Assembly: GCA_005222975.1 (NCBI GenBank)
Contig: NJBI01000011.1
Coordinates: 17,810 to 81,809 of the forward strand
Length of the DNA: 64,000 nt
From: Promethearchaeota archaeon Loki_b31
Lineage (GTDB): Archaea > Asgardarchaeota > Lokiarchaeia > Sigyniarchaeales > SOKP01
Direction of reading: 5' to 3'
Shown here: positions 28,140 to 40,792 of the stretch, one piece after another
How positions within the stretch are numbered: the stretch's first letter is position 1
Layout of the letters: each line of letters opens with the position of its first letter
Program-made: the position numbers and the translations under genes
Notes under the pieces: model-generated
The model's input: only the letters and a program-made list of their open reading frames with translations
What the model was told of the DNA's origin: nothing
Database searches by the model: none

Positions 28140-29222
28140 TTTATCCGCATAATTTCTAACTTCTTGAATTTCCTGTGAATTAGGTCTACGATTTATTTCA
28201 GGATAGTGAAAAGCTTTGTACTCTGGATGAAACTGCTGCATTAGGTTCATAACCGCTTTTGGAAGTTCTTTAGCTACATAATCTAATATTGGCTTAGAAC
28301 AGCATTCCACATGATTAGGCATGATTAAGTGTCGAATTATTATTTCCCCACTTCCTAAATCGTGAATTCTTTTAAGATTACGAGTTATTACATCGTAATA
28401 ACCTTTTATTCCAGAGTATTTTTCTCCACATTCGTTGTTGCCGTACTTAAAATCAGGTAACCAAAAATCTATAAAATCTATGATGAGAGACAACGATTCG
28501 TTAGTAAGATAAAAGTTTGAATTCCAGAGTTGCGTAATGTTTGATGTTTGATGTTGAAAACTACCTACAATAGTATGGAGGTTTGGTATAGGATCACCTC
28601 CTACATAATTGATATTTATAGCACCTTTCCCAACTAGTTTGTCTGCAAGAGCGGCTAATTGTAAAACATCAACTTTTTGAGCAATATCTTCAATATTTCT
28701 CCGACCTTTCCAAGCTTGAGAAATATCGTAATTTTGACAAAAGACGCAACCAAAATTACAACCTTGGAAAAAGATAGTACCGCTTGGTATCAGCGGAGAT
28801 TCTTCGCCCATATGTAAAAAAGCAGAGGAAACAAACGAATCTTTCGATATCAGACAAAATCCTTTTTCACCATCTATACGGTTAACCTTACATTGCCTTT
28901 CGCAAAAAATGCAACTCTCAAGATATTTATTTGCTAATTCTTCAGCTAGAGTAATATAACTTTTAGAGGCTATGCTACGATTTTTAAGATCTTCAGTTGG
29001 ATTTTTTAACAACTCATTAAATTCTACAGATTTTTTCCTTAACAAATCCTCTAAATGTTCTATAGTATCTTTTGTATCGTATTCACATTTTATACTTTTT
29101 GCGATAATATACCTTGCAACTTCCTTATTGTCAATGATCCCTCGATATCTAGGAAATCTTTTGAGCAGTTCTTCGTTTTTCCACACCGAAATTGAGTCTG
29201 GTCGAAGAATTCTAAAAACCAT
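28110..29222 (-). CDS. Radical SAM protein, PflX family
   Basis: CIFCERQCKVNR..GFC, HMGEE, SGTIFF, CNFGCVFCQN, PDFKYG, IIRHLIMP. Confidence 0.9.
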   Translation of the reverse strand: MVFRILRPDSISVWKNEELLKRFPRYRGIIDNKEVARYIIAKSIKCEYDTKDTIEHLEDLLRKKSVEFNELLKNPTEDLKNRSIASKSYITLAEELANKYLESCIFCERQCKVNRIDGEKGFCLISKDSFVSSAFLHMGEESPLIPSGTIFFQGCNFGCVFCQNYDISQAWKGRRNIEDIAQKVDVLQLAALADKLVGKGAININYVGGDPIPNLHTIVGSFQHQTSNITQLWNSNFYLTNESLSLIIDFIDFWLPDFKYGNNECGEKYSGIKGYYDVITRNLKRIHDLGSGEIIIRHLIMPNHVECCSKPILDYVAKELPKAVMNLMQQFHPEYKAFHYPEINRRPNSQEIQEVRNYADKLGIFWRPVS

Positions 29223-29315
29223 AATTAATATATTAGAAACATTTTTTAATATGATTTTCGCTAAATTTATTTTTAAATGTAAGAATGAGAAATGGACGAG
29301 GATAGAGTTAAAGAA

Positions 29316-30044
29316 TTAGGTATCAAATGCTAACCATTTGATGATGTTTGAAAGAAATTTAATATTATCACCAGCATCTAATCCAAATTCATCTTCAATA
29401 AGCCAATCTGATGAACCTATAGTTACACATCTCCCGTTAAAAAACTCGGATACAACACAAATAGGCACCAGCCCAATTATTTCTATATCGTCGTCAATTG
29501 TATATTTAAATTCTGCTTTTTCGGAAGTAACGATTAAATCCTCAACATCCTCTTCCGTTAGTGTAAAGAAAGTACAGTTTGGCAGGACTACTTCAGTAAT
29601 TCCTTCAGTTATCGGATGGTTAAATAAGAGGTTTATTAGTACATTTTGTTTGTTGACTAAAAAATGTGAGTGTGATTCTTGAATTACGCCGTTCCAAAAT
29701 CGTCGCACTCCCGTCATTTTATACAACACCCGAATAGAACCTAGCTTCATAGCAACATCATTATCGCCCCCACCTCCACTAGTTAAAAAAAGGCTCCCGC
29801 CACCCCCAACATACCGCTTAATTGCTAGTAGTTCGTCCTTAGTAAATTTATCTGCCTTTCCGTCTTTAGTATGCTGAATATGTCCCATAAATAGAATGTC
29901 ATAATCTTCAAGTGTATCAAAATCTATAGGTCCTTCATTCTTGTCAATATAATCGACTTCTAATTCGACTTCGCTTAAAGAAAAATCGGGAAATTCCTCT
30001 ATCTTTTCTTTGTGAGATAAATCGACTATTATACTATATGGCAT
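29316..30044 (-). CDS. Class I glutamine-amidotransferase-like (DUF4350/GIFT-type) domain protein
   Basis: VDLSHKE, FTKDELLAIKRYVGGGGSL, HPITEGI, GRCVTIGS, DNIKFLSNIIKWL. Confidence 0.65.
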   Translation of the reverse strand: MPYSIIVDLSHKEKIEEFPDFSLSEVELEVDYIDKNEGPIDFDTLEDYDILFMGHIQHTKDGKADKFTKDELLAIKRYVGGGGSLFLTSGGGGDNDVAMKLGSIRVLYKMTGVRRFWNGVIQESHSHFLVNKQNVLINLLFNHPITEGITEVVLPNCTFFTLTEEDVEDLIVTSEKAEFKYTIDDDIEIIGLVPICVVSEFFNGRCVTIGSSDWLIEDEFGLDAGDNIKFLSNIIKWLAFDT

Positions 30045-30284
30045 CTTAATGCTACTCCACGATCTAATGTGCTTTAATTTTTGATAAAGTGTATTTGTTT
30101 ATCCTAAGTTGTTTAAAGTGTTAATTCTTCTAACTAAAATAATATAATTTTTATTTTTAAAGATATGTTATTATTTTTAAAGGTTTCTAAAAAAAATGGG
30201 CTATTTAAACTTTATCCTTGTGTAATGTTTAAATATTTAGAGGTGAAAAGATAAGAGATAGAAAAGATAATACAGGTTTATTGC

Positions 30285-30980
30285 TTATCTTTTTATGGAA
30301 ATGAAGTCTCTTTCTGCTTCTCCTTCTTTTTTGACAATGGCAATATCAATTCCATTTCCGGATGCCATATCTCTTATGATACTAGAGGAGATTGCTTTAA
30401 TTAAAATTTGCTTTCCTTCTTTAATTGTTAAATTATCTTTATATTTAGCCTCGAGAACGCCGTACGAAAAATTTTGACCGCTCCCCACTGCGCAAAACTT
30501 ATCGGGCAAAATTGACCCATAAGCACCAATATTCAAAAGAGTAGGACCTTCTACTTCGGTTACTCCCCCAAGTATGAGTCCAACTTGAAAAGGATACATT
30601 TTATTCTGGTACAAAATGTTGGACAACAATTTCCCAGCGCTTTTAACTTTAATAGTCTTTTCTCTTTTTAATTGATACAACGAAGTTTCAGCCCGCAAAA
30701 CATCTATGAGATATTGTGCATCTGCTACGCCTCCAGCAATAGTCATATACAAGTGTTCTTGAATCATAAGCAATTTCTCAGCAGTTTTACTAGAAACAAA
30801 ATAACCCATTGACGCTCTTTTATCAGTTCCTAGAATTACCGCGTCTTTAACAACTAAACCGACTGTAGTAGTCCCAGTTTTGAAAGTTTGAGTTTTAAAT
30901 TTTTGAGAATTATTAGTAATAATATCGGAATCTCTTGAAAAAACCGACTTAGAGGGTATAATTAAATCTTCTTTTCTCAT
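30285..30980 (-). CDS. psmB: Proteasome beta subunit
   Basis: Propeptide followed by KTG/TTTVG, DKRAS, AGGVADAQ, GSG, RDMASG. Confidence 0.96.
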   Translation of the reverse strand: MRKEDLIIPSKSVFSRDSDIITNNSQKFKTQTFKTGTTTVGLVVKDAVILGTDKRASMGYFVSSKTAEKLLMIQEHLYMTIAGGVADAQYLIDVLRAETSLYQLKREKTIKVKSAGKLLSNILYQNKMYPFQVGLILGGVTEVEGPTLLNIGAYGSILPDKFCAVGSGQNFSYGVLEAKYKDNLTIKEGKQILIKAISSSIIRDMASGNGIDIAIVKKEGEAERDFISIKR

Positions 30981-31085
30981 AATTTCTTTAAAGGTCTCTT
31001 GTTTTAATAATTTTTTTTAATTTTTTATAAATCGTTGTACTCTTAAACTGATTATTAATATGATTGGTTAAAATTTAGATCTTTT

Positions 31086-31508
31086 TTATTCGATTTTTCT
31101 TGAGATTCTTGAGAGGGGGTGCCCTTTTGCCTTGAGTTCAAGCTCATTGAACCACCCAAAAGGAGGTCTAAGCACATTGAATCCATTCTCAATTAATTTT
31201 TTCTCAAGATTCTTTAATGCTTTCAAGCCAAATTCAGGATTACTTAATTCGCCAAATAGATGGGCGAAAGAAAGTACAATTATGTTCGACACTTTGAGTT
31301 GGTTGGCAATTTTTTCGATTTCTTTTATAGCTTTAGGAATGAACTCTGTACTATCCTCATCTCGCTTTTCTACGCTTATGTATAAGGCAATTACATTTTC
31401 AAATCCATTTTCTCTATTTTCTTCTGTCAATTCTTCAAATATTTTTGAACGGCTTCTCTTTGTCGCCTTAAATCTAAAGTAATCGCAATGAAAAGAAAGA
31501 AATCTCAT
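31086..31508 (-). CDS. Stand-alone archaeal threonyl-tRNA synthetase editing domain
   Basis: MRFLSFH, SVEKRD, FAHL, PFGW, KGHPLS; only 140 aa. Confidence 0.88.
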   Translation of the reverse strand: MRFLSFHCDYFRFKATKRSRSKIFEELTEENRENGFENVIALYISVEKRDEDSTEFIPKAIKEIEKIANQLKVSNIIVLSFAHLFGELSNPEFGLKALKNLEKKLIENGFNVLRPPFGWFNELELKAKGHPLSRISRKIE

Positions 31509-31539
31509 AATTTTAATAATATTTTAATTTTTAATAACT

Positions 31540-32625
31540 TTAGGGATTGAACTTGGAAGTTAAAACATCCATTTGCCTCCCGCGATTGTTGTTTAAGATT
31601 TTAATGGCTTTATCAGTATTGTTTTTATCGTGTATTATGCCTGAGATTGATAAAGCAACTGCTCTCGGATCGTCATCGCCGGGATACAATACATTTCTTC
31701 CAGCTAAACATCCTTTTACGTTTTTCCCAGCAGCTAATCCCATTTCTAGGATTTTAAAAAGATCTATGGGGTTACCTGTACTTTCACCACCTAGAATTAA
31801 AATAGGGTTGGTTGCACTTTTAGCAACAGATTCAAACTTATCAACATATGGCACTTTTAACCAAGTGTTTACCGAACCCCCTCCTAATGCTGTTGCTATT
31901 CCAATCGTTTTAATCATTGATTCTGCATTCTTGTTAACTGTATAATTACTGTCTTGATCGCGTGTCACCGGGAGCGCTTCTATAAACGAGGGTAGTTTGG
32001 ATTCGTTACACCGTCTAATCATTTTTGAACATAACACCAAAGTCCTTTGGCTATATTTCGCCATTTTCGTCTCGAAATCTAACCTAACCATCATTTTTGC
32101 ACCGTCCAATTTTAATTTCCTAATATCATCAATAGTATAAGCAGTCACAGGATCGTACATCTCGTAAGGCGAGCCTAAAAGACCTCCTCGATTTGTACTT
32201 CCTATAAGTATTTTGGTATCGAGGAAACTCTTCCCTCCTAATTGTTTGAAAAGATAGTTCATTATAAACAAATCGTCCATTATATCAGGAGTCGTCATGA
32301 TACCATCTACATGATCAAGAGTAAGAACGCGAAGTATTCGTCCCAAATATTCGTGACGATCACCCATTTCCGTATTATTCTGGCCAATCTTAGTAACACC
32401 CCTTGCTGGATGATCAGCAGCAATCATGACGAGATTTTTATTCCAAGGATACTTTCTTTTAACGCGATTTTTATATTCCTCTTCAAGAATTTCGTTTACA
32501 TTGCTGAGTCTTACTTCAATTATCTTATAAAATATATCTTCTGGAAAAAAGAGTTTGGTTTCAAATTTATATGAACCAATATCATAATTATTATTAATAC
32601 TTCTTTTGAAAGCCATTTGTTTCAA
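31540..32625 (-). CDS. TIM-barrel aldolase-like protein (Cgl0159-like)
   Basis: IAADHPARG, GSTNRGGL, DGAKMM, TWLKVP, ILGG, GRNVLYP. Confidence 0.7.
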   Translation of the reverse strand: MKQMAFKRSINNNYDIGSYKFETKLFFPEDIFYKIIEVRLSNVNEILEEEYKNRVKRKYPWNKNLVMIAADHPARGVTKIGQNNTEMGDRHEYLGRILRVLTLDHVDGIMTTPDIMDDLFIMNYLFKQLGGKSFLDTKILIGSTNRGGLLGSPYEMYDPVTAYTIDDIRKLKLDGAKMMVRLDFETKMAKYSQRTLVLCSKMIRRCNESKLPSFIEALPVTRDQDSNYTVNKNAESMIKTIGIATALGGGSVNTWLKVPYVDKFESVAKSATNPILILGGESTGNPIDLFKILEMGLAAGKNVKGCLAGRNVLYPGDDDPRAVALSISGIIHDKNNTDKAIKILNNNRGRQMDVLTSKFNP

Positions 32626-32766
32626 ACCGATTCTATTTTAATTTTATGAATGAATGAGAGAATATGAATTGAATGGCTAATATTTTTAAAAGCCAGAAGT
32701 TAATATTTTTTAACAAGGTCTACTTATTATTCATTCAATAAAACTTATTCAGTAAGGTGAACTAAA

Positions 32767-33963
32767 ATTTATTTAACAAAAGAAGAAGAGCGTATCCTCG
32801 ATGGAGAAAAGGGAGAGTTGCTTTCAAAATTATTGAGATTGATCGTAAAATTAGGAGACACTTTTGGTGCGGAAAAACTTATTGAAATAAGTTCGGCTCA
32901 TACTGTCCTAAATTTTGGTTTAAATTTTGTTAATGCTTCTGCTAAAGTTTTACATCAAATGGCAGAAGATAATTTAAAAGTAAAAGTAAGAACAACTGCG
33001 GATCCAATTATAGATATGGATTATGCAGACGATTTGGAAGTCATCTATCCGATGTTTTCATTACATGATCAAATGATGAAGGATTTAGAACAAATCGGTG
33101 TATACGGATTTACATGTACTCCTTATTTTTTAGATAATAAACCAAAGATAGGTGAGCATTGTGCCTGGTCTGAATCATCAGCAGTTATATATTTAAATTC
33201 AGTTTTAGGTGCTCGCTCAAATCGAGAAGGAGGTCTAGTAGATTTAGCTTGTGCGATTACAGGAAAAACTGCATACCATGGATTACATATAACGGAAAAT
33301 AGAAAAGGTCAAATACTATTTAAAATATCAGCTGATATAAATCTTACTAATGTATTTAATTTGACTTCAATAGGTTTAAAGATTGGAGAAATTGCGGGAA
33401 ATAAAATACCCGTGATAGATGGATTAAGAAATATCTCAACTGATAATTTAAAGAATCTTGGTGCTGCTTCAGCATCTACAGGAGCAGTAGCTTTGATTCA
33501 TGTTCTCAATATAACACCTGAAGCTAAGGATCTTAATGAGGCTTTTCAATATGATAAACCAGAAGAGATAATTGAAATAAATATGAAGGATCTAAAAGAA
33601 GTTAGAGAAAAATATAGTACAGAATGGACTCAAACACCTCAAAATATTAGCATTGGTTGTCCTCAATTAAGTGAAGAAGAGGTAATTAATGTTCTAAAGA
33701 AGCTTAAAGGAAAAAAAATTCTTCAAAATATTAACTTTTGGATATGTACAAATAAAAAAGTGAAAGAATCGATTAAAAATTCTGAATTTAACGATATTTT
33801 AATTTCTTCGGGGGCAAAAATAACATCTTTATGTCCTCTTTTAACACCCTTGCCAAGACCACTTACAACAAATTCTGCTAAAACTTGTTTCTATAGTCAT
33901 GCTTCCTATAGAAATTTAGATGAATGTATTAAAATCGCAACGGAGGGGATTAAAATTGACTAA
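32767..33963 (+). CDS. Aconitase X large subunit (phosphomevalonate dehydratase-like); probable ATT start at 32767
   Basis: IYLTKEEERILDGEKGE N-terminus, SAH, TCTPY, WSESSAV..NSVLGARSNREG, GCPQ, TNSAK. Confidence 0.85.
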   Translation: MYLTKEEERILDGEKGELLSKLLRLIVKLGDTFGAEKLIEISSAHTVLNFGLNFVNASAKVLHQMAEDNLKVKVRTTADPIIDMDYADDLEVIYPMFSLHDQMMKDLEQIGVYGFTCTPYFLDNKPKIGEHCAWSESSAVIYLNSVLGARSNREGGLVDLACAITGKTAYHGLHITENRKGQILFKISADINLTNVFNLTSIGLKIGEIAGNKIPVIDGLRNISTDNLKNLGAASASTGAVALIHVLNITPEAKDLNEAFQYDKPEEIIEINMKDLKEVREKYSTEWTQTPQNISIGCPQLSEEEVINVLKKLKGKKILQNINFWICTNKKVKESIKNSEFNDILISSGAKITSLCPLLTPLPRPLTTNSAKTCFYSHASYRNLDECIKIATEGIKID

Positions 33964-34396
33964 AATTTTAAAAGGTCGAAGCTTAAGTAATGGTATTGTT
34001 GAAGGAGAAGCAATAGTTACTAAACAACCTTTTAGTATTTCTGCAGCTTTTACATTTGCACTTATTCAAAAAAGTAAAAAATGTAAAGTCGCAGATAGAA
34101 CACATGAACTTTATAAAAAGGATGTGAAAGATAAAATTTTAATTTTTCCTTATCCAATAGGAACAACAACATTAGGTTTTGTCTTGCTTGAAACAATTGT
34201 CCGTAAAATGGGACCTAAAGCCATAGTATGTGAAAAAGGGGAACCTTTAATGAGTTCTGGTGCTGTAGCTGCTGAGATTTTTTTTGATTTAAAATTTCCT
34301 ATTATTGATCAAATAGACTTCTCGGAATTAGAAAAAATAGAAAACAATACTATTGTAAAAGTTAATGGAGATGAAGGGTATATTGAGATTCTTTAA
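33956..34396 (+). CDS. Aconitase X small (swivel) subunit
   Basis: GIVEGEA, KILIFP, VNGDEG; TTG at 33956 after GGAGGGG, overlapping the stop of the large subunit. Confidence 0.82.
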   Translation: MTKILKGRSLSNGIVEGEAIVTKQPFSISAAFTFALIQKSKKCKVADRTHELYKKDVKDKILIFPYPIGTTTLGFVLLETIVRKMGPKAIVCEKGEPLMSSGAVAAEIFFDLKFPIIDQIDFSELEKIENNTIVKVNGDEGYIEIL

Positions 34397-34410
34397 TTTC
34401 TTTTTTAAAA

Positions 34411-34746
34411 TTATAAATGTTCAATTGATTCAATATCCCAGAGAAATTCTTTTAGATCAATTTTGTAGTTATCTCTAATCACAACACCTTCTTTTTCTAA
34501 CAAATGTTTTTGGTACTCTCGAGCATCAAAAGATTTCATGGATATTTTTCCTAGTGAATTTATGACTCGATGCCATGGTAAGTTGTATTTTTTTGTTGAT
34601 GAGTGTAATAGCCAGGAAACTTGTCTTGCAGCTTGCGGGTTACTTGCTAATTTAGCGATTCTTCCATAAGTTAGGACCTTCCCGCTAGGTATATTCTTAA
34701 TTATTTTGATAACATCTCGAGTGAAATCGCTTGTAATACAAATCAC
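34411..34746 (-). CDS. Alkyltransferase-like (ATL) protein
   Basis: IPSGKVLTYG, ARQV, PWHRV (Trp in place of catalytic Cys). Confidence 0.9.
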   Translation of the reverse strand: MICITSDFTRDVIKIIKNIPSGKVLTYGRIAKLASNPQAARQVSWLLHSSTKKYNLPWHRVINSLGKISMKSFDAREYQKHLLEKEGVVIRDNYKIDLKEFLWDIESIEHL

Positions 34747-34921
34747 CTTTATTTAGAAGAAACTTTTATAACGATAATCGCCATTTTTCTCAATCTTAGA
34801 CATATTACAAAATTAATTAATTTAAGAATAATTATTAATTCTTGATTAAATATCATTCTATAAATTAGATTTACATCGTAAACAATAATTTATAACTAAA
34901 AAACCTTCATAGTGATTCTGA

Positions 34922-38113
<3,192 letters not shown>

Positions 38114-38124
38114 AGAGTATTTCT

Positions 38125-39261
38125 TTAATTTGTAAATTTTTTTATTTCTTTTAGTTTTCCTCCATCACGAGCAGATCGAGAAGCTTGAATCCCTGACATG
38201 CAGAAATTGGCCCCGACTTTAGCGTGTATTGAAGACTTTGTTCCTTTATTTATTGCTTGTAACCAATCCTCCATAATACGAACGGAAGAACCGTAATATA
38301 AACCTTCAACTGGAGGTATTATTGTTGATAACTCGTTATTATCAACAATTTTTGATTTTCCTTTTCGATGACGACTCTTACTAATTTTATGTCCGTCAGT
38401 TAGAAATAAACGCCCTGGTTTCCCTATTTGATAACATTCATATGTACCTAAACGACCTATAACCTGAATAATAAGGCGGGAAGGTTCTCTGGCAAAAATA
38501 TAGGCGTTAGCGCATTTTGCAATTGCTCCCGTTTCTGTTTTAAATAACCCTACTTGAAACGCTTTAGCGGGATGGCAGATTGGATTTGCTTGATAACCTC
38601 CAATATCATTTGCGTAGCTTATAACTTCAATGAATGGCATAGGTTTTTTAATTCCACCTAACGCAACTTGAGCAGGACCAATCGTGTGTGCATACATTAA
38701 AGGATCAAATAATTGATACCAAGAATCTATGCGTGGCGCGTCAACATCGCCAAAATTCCCTTCTCTCCACCTATAAGTTACATCGTGCAAATATTCAGAT
38801 TCCGAATAAACAATTGGACCAATCTTGCCAGAAGATGCAAGATGTCCCGCAAATAAAACTTCTGAGTAAAAACAGTAATTTTCTCCAAGTTGATAAACTT
38901 TTCTTGAATTCTCTTCAGCATCTATTATTCTTTTAATGTCCTTTTTTTTAATTGCCATAGGTATTTCAGAAAATACATGTAGCCCTGCCTCTAGTGCAGC
39001 AACGGCTTGATCTGCGTGATATTGAGGGGGGCTACTAATGATAATAGCATCAAGATCAGTTGTATCCAATAAATCTTCAAAAGATTTAGCTACTTTTATA
39101 CCTTTAATTTTATTAAGCATCTGATTCGCATTAGGATCTGGATCGAACCCAACTATCCATCTTGTACGTCCTATTAATCTTGGATGATTTTTTAGCTCGG
39201 ATGTATGACTTAACGCATTGAGACCATAACCTACTAAGCCATATCGTAATGCTTCTACCAT
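38125..39261 (-). CDS. Gfo/Idh/MocA family oxidoreductase
   Basis: GLVGYG Rossmann motif, SPPQYH, HVFSEIP, GENY, EYLH. Confidence 0.85.
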   Translation of the reverse strand: MVEALRYGLVGYGLNALSHTSELKNHPRLIGRTRWIVGFDPDPNANQMLNKIKGIKVAKSFEDLLDTTDLDAIIISSPPQYHADQAVAALEAGLHVFSEIPMAIKKKDIKRIIDAEENSRKVYQLGENYCFYSEVLFAGHLASSGKIGPIVYSESEYLHDVTYRWREGNFGDVDAPRIDSWYQLFDPLMYAHTIGPAQVALGGIKKPMPFIEVISYANDIGGYQANPICHPAKAFQVGLFKTETGAIAKCANAYIFAREPSRLIIQVIGRLGTYECYQIGKPGRLFLTDGHKISKSRHRKGKSKIVDNNELSTIIPPVEGLYYGSSVRIMEDWLQAINKGTKSSIHAKVGANFCMSGIQASRSARDGGKLKEIKKFTN

Positions 39262-39338
39262 ATTCTATTATATTATAAGGTAAGTGACATTTATCTAATT
39301 TGCGATATTTTCTTATCAAAATTAATGAAGGTAGAATC

Positions 39339-40664
39339 ATGGAAAAAAGAATTGTTTTAATAGGGGCGGGTAGTTCTTCGTTTGGTCCTGCTACTTTGAT
39401 GGATCTTAATCTTAGTTCTGTTTTATCAGGTTCAACTGTTGTTCTTCATGATATTAACGAAGAGAAGTTAGAAATGGTTTATCAAATTGTTGTAAAAGAC
39501 AATGAAAAGCTTGGTAATAAGTTCAATATTGAGCAAACAACAATTAGATCGAAGGCATTAAAAGATGCAGATTTTGTTATTTCTTCCATTGAAAAGGGAG
39601 ATCGGTTCGAATTGCGTTGGCAAGATAATACAATACCGAGAAAACATGGTTCTACGGAAATGATGGCTGAGAATGGGGGTTCTGGTGGGTTTTTCCATAG
39701 CGCACGACAAATCCCTGAAATTATTAGAATTGCGGAAGATGTTGTAAAAATTTGCCCTAATGCTTTCTTTATAAATTACTCAAACCCCATGTCCCGAATA
39801 TGTTTAGCAATTAAAAGAGCTGTTCCTAAACTAAAGTTTGTGGGACTTTGCCATCAAATAGAGTTATTAACAAATCACCATTTACCAAATATGTTAGATA
39901 GGTATATAAGTGAAATGCAATTAACTACTGGTGGTTTGAATCATTTTGCTTTTCTACTTGGATTAAAAGATTTAACCACTGGAAAGGATTTAATGCCAGA
40001 ATTTAACTCAAAATGCTTAGAATATTTCAAAGACAAAAGGGACAGGTTTCATTATGCTGATTTAACTTTCGAAGTATACAAAAGATTTGGCTATTTTCCT
40101 TATGTGGGTGACAATCATATATGCGAATATATACAAATTGGGTCTCATTATACAACAATCCAAGATATAAAGGACTGGATTACAAGAATGGAACAAGTAA
40201 ATAAAGGAAGTTATGCTAAACTTTCTAGATATTATAAAAGGCTTAAGAAAGGAACTTATCCAAGAAAGGGAATGTTTATGAGAGATCCATCTGGAGAACG
40301 GGCGATACCAATTATAGAAGCTTTAATTGAAGATAAAAATTCGTATGAAATTGCAGTTAATATACCAAACGACGGAATTATTGAAAATCTCCCTCAAGAT
40401 TTGGTGATTGAATGTTCTGCAATTATAAATAAAGAGGGCATACATGGAGTTAAACTAGGTGAAGTTCCAAAAAGTATTGCTGCGATACTCCGCATAGAAG
40501 CTTCAATTCAAGATTTATGCGTTGAAGCAATTTTAAAAGAATCTAAAGATCTTGCTATAGCGTGTATCGCCACAGATGTTAATTGCGGTAGTTTTAAAAT
40601 GGCAGAAGCAATATTTAACGAAATGACTGAGCTTCAAAAAGAATATTTACCTGATTTTAAATAA
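39339..40664 (+). CDS. GH4 NAD-dependent alpha-galactosidase/glucosidase
   Basis: IGAGS, NYSNP, GLCH, GLNHF; start MEKRIV at 39339 is more plausible than TTG 39300. Confidence 0.9.
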   Translation: MEKRIVLIGAGSSSFGPATLMDLNLSSVLSGSTVVLHDINEEKLEMVYQIVVKDNEKLGNKFNIEQTTIRSKALKDADFVISSIEKGDRFELRWQDNTIPRKHGSTEMMAENGGSGGFFHSARQIPEIIRIAEDVVKICPNAFFINYSNPMSRICLAIKRAVPKLKFVGLCHQIELLTNHHLPNMLDRYISEMQLTTGGLNHFAFLLGLKDLTTGKDLMPEFNSKCLEYFKDKRDRFHYADLTFEVYKRFGYFPYVGDNHICEYIQIGSHYTTIQDIKDWITRMEQVNKGSYAKLSRYYKRLKKGTYPRKGMFMRDPSGERAIPIIEALIEDKNSYEIAVNIPNDGIIENLPQDLVIECSAIINKEGIHGVKLGEVPKSIAAILRIEASIQDLCVEAILKESKDLAIACIATDVNCGSFKMAEAIFNEMTELQKEYLPDFK

Positions 40665-40792
40665 TTATAGTGTTTTTAACACAATTTAGAAGGGTTAATT
40701 ATGGTTTTAAAAAATTAGGTAAAAATAATAACACTTGTCAAATGATCTTCTATAAACAATAGATCTTACCTTATAGGGTTTGAAAATTAAAC

